A program made the position numbers and the translations under genes. A DNA stretch of 64,000 nt from positions 55,740 to 119,739 of IMG/VR virus record IMGVR_UViG_3300028800_000003; one strand, given 5' to 3'. Each line of letters opens with the position of its first letter. Positions within the stretch are counted from its first letter, which is position 1. Below are positions 59,683 through 64,000 of this stretch, piece after piece. Below the pieces are notes generated by a model. It was not told the origin of the DNA, made no database searches, and worked only from the letters and a program-made list of their open reading frames with translations. Source of the stretch: a virus.

Positions 59683-60083
59683 GCGGCCCGCCGGATAGCT
59701 TCGGCGATTTCCTTTGCTGTCGCAGCCCCATGCAGGTCTTCTGCCATTGAGGTAACGGAACTGCCGCGTTCATACGCGCGGCGATAGCGATCCGCGATCT
59801 GCGCGCATCTCTCGCGCTCTGCGGCTACGGCTGCGTGCGTCGCCCACTGACGGCGACGTTCCTCGGCGCGCTCATGCAGATAGGCGCGCTGATCGTCGGT
59901 CAATTCATCGGCCTGCGGCTTCGGCGGTATCGGCCATGGCGTTGCCGGCCGTATCCAAGGTTGCTCGCGAATGCGACTTGGGCATTCGTGATTGAAGCAA
60001 AACTGCCCCAGCATGGCCAGTGACCACTTGTGGCAGTCTGGACACTTGCCGAAGAATTTGGTGATGGCTTGCCGGAGTCGCAT
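59679..60083 (-). CDS. hypothetical protein
   Basis: CPDC/C..C N-terminus; AERERCAQIA...IAEAIR phage-type motif. Confidence 0.65.
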   Translation of the reverse strand: MRLRQAITKFFGKCPDCHKWSLAMLGQFCFNHECPSRIREQPWIRPATPWPIPPKPQADELTDDQRAYLHERAEERRRQWATHAAVAAERERCAQIADRYRRAYERGSSVTSMAEDLHGAATAKEIAEAIRRAA

Positions 60084-60470
60084 TCAATGGACCCCCTGCT
60101 CAATGCACCGCTCATAGAGTTGCCGCGCTTGATCTGGCGTGCATCCCTTGGCGATAAAGAAGCCGAGCGCAATGCTGCCGAAGTCTTCCTGATCGAAATC
60201 GCCCATATCGAATTTCTCGTAGAATTCTTTCCTCCAGGCGGTAATGAGTTGATCAGAGACTGCTCGTAGCCGTTCAGCATCTGCCCGCAGCCGCTTGATC
60301 TCGTTCCAGCAGCCTGTAACCAGGCCGGCAGGCACCTCGACCATTTTCTCTCGCGGCACCAACTTGTCACCCCAGCCGATCACGACATCGGCAAGGCGAT
60401 CGAGGATGTCCCTGGCCTGATCTTTCTGGATTGCCGCGCGCACGGCGCAGCCTGATAGAACCTCGCTCAT
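60084..60470 (-). CDS. hypothetical protein
   Basis: RBS AGGAGAGAGG; abuts both neighbours. Confidence 0.6.
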   Translation of the reverse strand: MSEVLSGCAVRAAIQKDQARDILDRLADVVIGWGDKLVPREKMVEVPAGLVTGCWNEIKRLRADAERLRAVSDQLITAWRKEFYEKFDMGDFDQEDFGSIALGFFIAKGCTPDQARQLYERCIEQGVH

Positions 60471-60713
60471 TCAACCTCTCTCCTTAACTAACTCCTTGGC
60501 GCGCGCAGTGCGCAGCAGATCGAGCCCAGCCGGCGTCATGGTTACGTAATCCCGGCCGACTATCAGCAGATCACGCTTGATCATCGCGGCAACAATGCCG
60601 CTGCATTTCTCTCCTGCGATGGTCCAGTAGTAATTGCCCTTGTCGTCATACCAGCGGCGCAGCGGGTAGCCGCGGTCCATCCAGCTCAGCACCTCGACCA
60701 TCGTCATGGACAT
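60471..60713 (-). CDS. hypothetical protein
   Basis: MSMTMVEVLSW... Confidence 0.55.
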   Translation of the reverse strand: MSMTMVEVLSWMDRGYPLRRWYDDKGNYYWTIAGEKCSGIVAAMIKRDLLIVGRDYVTMTPAGLDLLRTARAKELVKERG

Positions 60714-60721
60714 GGCGTCTT

Positions 60722-61087
60722 TCACCGGTAATGTGAGATGACGTGACAACCGATCGGCGGCAATGTCACGCCGCTCGGCATGAGGCGCGCTATCTTGAGG
60801 CGCAAATCGACAATTTCGTGCGCATCTTCTATCGTTTCTACAGGCAACGCGGGAAACGTAATCGGCTCCTCGAAACCCTGTCCGTCTTCCGTCTTGGCGA
60901 TCACCTTGCCAATGGCAACGTAGGAGCCATTCATGCCGTCATAGAGAACGCAGAGCCCGTCGTGATGTTTGATGCCATCGAATGCCGAGTCCCTGTACGG
61001 TTCAAGGTGATCATAAGCATCGTCGCCGAACGTGTCCCCAGGAAGGACAACGCCGATCATCGCGTAGGTGTTGACGTGGGTGCTCAC
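60722..61087 (-). CDS. hypothetical protein
   Basis: RBS GGAGGAG; LYDGMNGSYVAIGKVI. Confidence 0.7.
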   Translation of the reverse strand: MSTHVNTYAMIGVVLPGDTFGDDAYDHLEPYRDSAFDGIKHHDGLCVLYDGMNGSYVAIGKVIAKTEDGQGFEEPITFPALPVETIEDAHEIVDLRLKIARLMPSGVTLPPIGCHVISHYR

Positions 61088-61389
61088 TATCTCTCCTCCA
61101 TTGCCGGCGGCAGCCTGGCATAGCTCAAAACGCCCAATCGGCGCGCGCGTTTCAGTTCCTTTTCCCAGGCCGCCAGCATGGCAGTCCAGACAGCGGCATC
61201 ACCGGCGGCGATCATCTGCGGCGTCGGCTTCCTTGGCGTCACGACGTACCCACCGCGCTGGAGCATCTGCAACAACCGTGTCGCATCGTTATCAGGCAGC
61301 GGCGGCAACGGTGTGCGCGGGAATTTTCGCCAATGCAGGCGGGACAACATGCCGGCGCAAAACGCCGAAACGATGTCGTGAGGTGTCAT
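61087..61389 (-). CDS. hypothetical protein
   Basis: GYVVTPRKPTPQMIAAG...WTAMLAA phage-type motif. Confidence 0.6.
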   Translation of the reverse strand: MTPHDIVSAFCAGMLSRLHWRKFPRTPLPPLPDNDATRLLQMLQRGGYVVTPRKPTPQMIAAGDAAVWTAMLAAWEKELKRARRLGVLSYARLPPAMEER

Positions 61390-61558
61390 GCGGCTTGATC
61401 CTGATCAGGTACAGCGGGCGATAGTAGGCGGGCGATGTCGAGCGCAGCAGGCGCACGGCCTCGACGCTGGTAGATGTGTATTCGGTGAAGCGGCTGCCAT
61501 CCTCCAGGCGCTCGCAAATCACCATCGCTTTCGGCAAGGTAATGTCGCGCAGGATCAT
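61292..61558 (-). CDS. hypothetical protein (3' end uncertain)
   Basis: RBS GAGG, ATGA-coupled start; overlaps the next gene by ~100 nt. Confidence 0.45.
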   Translation of the reverse strand: MILRDITLPKAMVICERLEDGSRFTEYTSTSVEAVRLLRSTSPAYYRPLYLIRIKPHDTSRHRFGVLRRHVVPPALAKIPAHTVAAAA

Positions 61559-61815
61559 GTCGCCTCGTCCTCGTCATCACCGCGTCGTTTCCCCAATAGG
61601 TCATGGAACGCCACGTCGTCGTCGCTGATCTTCACCCAGGCCTTGCCGCCGCGGCTCGGATAGACGCAGCCCCAGACCTGTTTACAGCGCTGGCACTCCC
61701 ACACGGCACCGATGCGTTTGTCTTCCGGTCTGCAAGGCACGATCTCGCCGCAGGTGCAGACCCAGAGGTGTTCGATCGTCATGCCGCCAGCGCCATCGGT
61801 GCGGCGGTAGGTCAT
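61555..61815 (-). CDS. Zn-ribbon hypothetical protein
   Basis: WVCTCG...WECQRCKQ. Confidence 0.6.
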   Translation of the reverse strand: MTYRRTDGAGGMTIEHLWVCTCGEIVPCRPEDKRIGAVWECQRCKQVWGCVYPSRGGKAWVKISDDDVAFHDLLGKRRGDDEDEAT

Positions 61816-62006
61816 CGTTAGCGTGTTCCTTCGACCAGCGTATTGCGTACAATGCGGAACGCCTCAATAATTTCGCCAATTGTTAGATCGGGTCGCCGTT
61901 CGCGCTCTCTGTCGATTGCTTTCGCAATGCCGTCAATCAGCATCGGTGATGGCGGCTTTGGTATTGTTGTTCCGGTGGTGGCCATTGGTGTTGCGGTCCT
62001 GTGATG

Positions 62007-62252
62007 TTATCGCGATGGTCGATTGGCCGTGGCGATCATCTTTTTCCACACTCTTTCGACGCCACGCCTGTCGACACATTCCTCAGCGCAGCATCGATTG
62101 CCGGCTACGACCATTTCTTCGTCCGGTTCTCCCAACGCTTTAATGGCGGCGCGCGCCCAACAAGTGGCAATTGTTTGTCGATAGCCAACATCCTCGATGT
62201 GCGTGAACGCCGGAAGGATAGCTTCTGTAACTTTTTCGAGCGCCGTTGTCAT
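62007..62252 (-). CDS. hypothetical protein
   Basis: ARAAIKALGEPDEEMVVAG...VWKKMI phage-type motif. Confidence 0.65.
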   Translation of the reverse strand: MTTALEKVTEAILPAFTHIEDVGYRQTIATCWARAAIKALGEPDEEMVVAGNRCCAEECVDRRGVERVWKKMIATANRPSR

Positions 62253-62387
62253 GACGTTACCGTTCCGGTATCCGCAGCGCGGTTTCACGTCTGCATTGCC
62301 TCTCCTAAAATCGGTGACGCCGCGTCACCGTTAAGACTTCGGCGTGCATCCGCTCGTCCTGCTCTATGGTTGTGGCGTCGGTCATGG

Positions 62388-62750
62388 TCAGAGGTTAATC
62401 TTCGCAATGTTGGTTTGAAACTTGCGCCATGCTCGCTTAAATTCGGCCTTTGAGCACGGCGAATAGTCCTGCATGTGGTAGCTGTGCCGATCGGGCTCGA
62501 CTTCCATTTTGCCGTAACGGTCAGTCTGAAAGTTGAAGGCGTACAGGAAGCCGTCATCGTTCATGCGTGTGCATTTGGCGTATAGCCACCAATAGTCGCT
62601 CGGCTTCTCCGGACACGAATAGCTATTTCGTGTTTTGAAGTAGCGCCCGACCTTTTTATTGTTTGTTTCGCGGCGGGCGGCCGTTTCAATTTCATCGATC
62701 TGTTCGCCGATACGGCGAGCTTCGGCCTTAAGTTCTTTGAGCCGGTTCAT
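62388..62750 (-). CDS. hypothetical protein
   Basis: RBS AAGGAG; 120 aa. Confidence 0.7.
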   Translation of the reverse strand: MNRLKELKAEARRIGEQIDEIETAARRETNNKKVGRYFKTRNSYSCPEKPSDYWWLYAKCTRMNDDGFLYAFNFQTDRYGKMEVEPDRHSYHMQDYSPCSKAEFKRAWRKFQTNIAKINL

Positions 62751-62823
62751 TTCGATTTTGCTCCTTCATCAATCGTGGCGTCGGTCATTGTGGTGGCATG
62801 TCTCGTCGGGCGGAGGTCAGCGC

Positions 62824-63078
62824 TCAGTCGCCGTCCGTTTCGAGCACCTGCTTGGTTGGATCGTCAGGAGGCCCGTAATATCCGATCCACATAGCCTCAT
62901 CGACGGCCTCGCGGATGATCTCAGGCGTCGTATTGAAGGCGAGCGCAGCATCCGCAACTGTCACCTTGTCTTTGTCCTCCGCTACCATGCACGTCCAAAT
63001 GACAAGGGCGCGGCCAAGGTCGCCAATGAACACGCCAGCATCATCGCCTTCTTCACCAAATTGCAAACGAGTAAACAT
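62824..63078 (-). CDS. hypothetical protein (cassette)
   Basis: ATG directly after repeat R1. Confidence 0.7.
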   Translation of the reverse strand: MFTRLQFGEEGDDAGVFIGDLGRALVIWTCMVAEDKDKVTVADAALAFNTTPEIIREAVDEAMWIGYYGPPDDPTKQVLETDGD

Positions 63079-63109
63079 CCCTTCCTCCCTCCTTGATTTT
63101 GCCGCAAGG

Positions 63110-63307
63110 TCACTGCGTTTTGGCGGCCGAGGTGCCGTCGTCGAGTTCGACGGTGAACGTGTTTCCGCTGCCGTAAGAGCCGTTGCCGGTATTGGGCTTC
63201 ACATCCACAACGACGTGGCTCTCCTTGAATGTGGAATCGAGATACATTTGCAGGGCCGCGATCATCGTTGGCTTGTTCAGTTCCACTGTGGTTTTGCCTT
63301 TCAGCAT
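63110..63307 (-). CDS. hypothetical protein (cassette)
   Basis: Fills the interval between R2 and R1. Confidence 0.7.
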   Translation of the reverse strand: MLKGKTTVELNKPTMIAALQMYLDSTFKESHVVVDVKPNTGNGSYGSGNTFTVELDDGTSAAKTQ

Positions 63308-63348
63308 AACTTCCTCCCTCCTTGATTTTGCTACAGGTCGCGGGGTGG

Positions 63349-63633
63349 CTACGCCGGATCGTAAGTTGCGTTGAAGATGTCCGCCTTAATCGGATATAGC
63401 TCGCCTTTTATTCCCCGGATTATCCAGTCGCCAGGCGATGCATAGATTTCGCCTTCCAGAGTTTTAATCGCCATTTTTCCATCGACAAAATTCAGTGCTC
63501 CTAACTCTCCCCGATCAATCGTCCGGGCGGCGGCATACCAGTCGGGTTCTGGTCCATCGATCTCTGTGGAAGCAGTCGCGCCAAGAAAACGCACGGCCTC
63601 AATTTCGACCGGCTTTTTTCTGAATTTAGGCAT
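63349..63633 (-). CDS. conserved phage protein (PGDYG-like; cassette)
   Basis: MPKFRKKPVEIEAV...IKTLEG...PGDWIIRGIKGELYPIKADIFNATY. Confidence 0.85.
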   Translation of the reverse strand: MPKFRKKPVEIEAVRFLGATASTEIDGPEPDWYAAARTIDRGELGALNFVDGKMAIKTLEGEIYASPGDWIIRGIKGELYPIKADIFNATYDPA

Positions 63634-63656
63634 ATCTTCCTCCCTCCTTGATTTTG

Positions 63657-63851
63657 CTACAGGTCGAACTTTTGACGGATGGCCTTAAACCAGCGCAACG
63701 TATTGGCTTGCGGGGACCACTCAGGCCAATCGTGCTTGTCCGGGTCGCCACCTTGCAGCTTGACGATCTCCGCATGCGCACTTTTAAGGTCGCTTTGGGC
63801 CTGCTCCATCACAACACGCAACGTCTCTCGCTCGGTTGCTGGGATGAACAT
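63657..63851 (-). CDS. hypothetical protein (cassette)
   Basis: Starts after R4; its stop codon is supplied by R3 (GACCTGTAG). Confidence 0.7.
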   Translation of the reverse strand: MFIPATERETLRVVMEQAQSDLKSAHAEIVKLQGGDPDKHDWPEWSPQANTLRWFKAIRQKFDL

Positions 63852-64000
63852 ATCTTCCTCCCTCCTTGATTTTGCTACAGGTCGCGGGGTGGGGTTGAGG
63901 GCTAATGCCTTGCGGGCTTCTTCTTTGCATCGGCAAACAAGACCGTCCTCATATTCGCCCCAACAAACAGTAAAAGTCCCGCGATCACAGCCATGCGATT

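Larger units (their letters stand above)
63081..63892 (-). repeat. four copies of an intergenic 31-nt repeat delimiting single-gene cassettes
   Basis: CTTCCTCCCTCCTTGATTTTGCTACAGGTCG exact at 63310, 63636 and 63854; first 22 nt at 63081. Confidence 0.95.

Noticed and set aside
63081-63892. CRISPR array or integron
   Set aside because: Spacers are ~190-300 nt whole ORFs, the repeat is non-palindromic, and there are no cas or intI genes or attC structure.

Overview
This 64-kb window is part of a tailed-phage genome with a contractile tail (myovirus-type). The likely host is an alphaproteobacterium (Rhizobiales-like); this is inferred from high GC and from rhizobial-type XRE, HpnG and P-loop ATPase genes. 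Nearly all genes lie on the minus strand. From right to left the window holds: many small early-type ORFs, ending in an array of one-gene cassettes separated by a 31-nt repeat; a sterol-desaturase-family gene, tRNA-Pro and two proteases; the portal; a ~7-kb insert with an HpnG-like nucleosidase, ParB-N plus an ABC-ATPase/GNAT fusion, and an opposite-strand operon with ParB and ASCH; protease/scaffold, major capsid and tRNA-Asn; neck, sheath, tube, tape measure and baseplate; fibres, including a 1631-aa collagen fibre next to a GT4 glycosyltransferase; a GH108 endolysin, a metallophosphoesterase and Endo VII. I recognised no terminase, integrase or replication genes. The most unusual elements are a 155-nt tRNA-shaped RNA with a 6/6 acceptor/T fold and a large structured domain in place of the anticodon loop (1020-1174), a hairpin-dense ~390-nt non-coding block beside tRNA-Pro, and the repeat-delimited cassette array. 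All calls come from reading motifs by eye; no searches were run.
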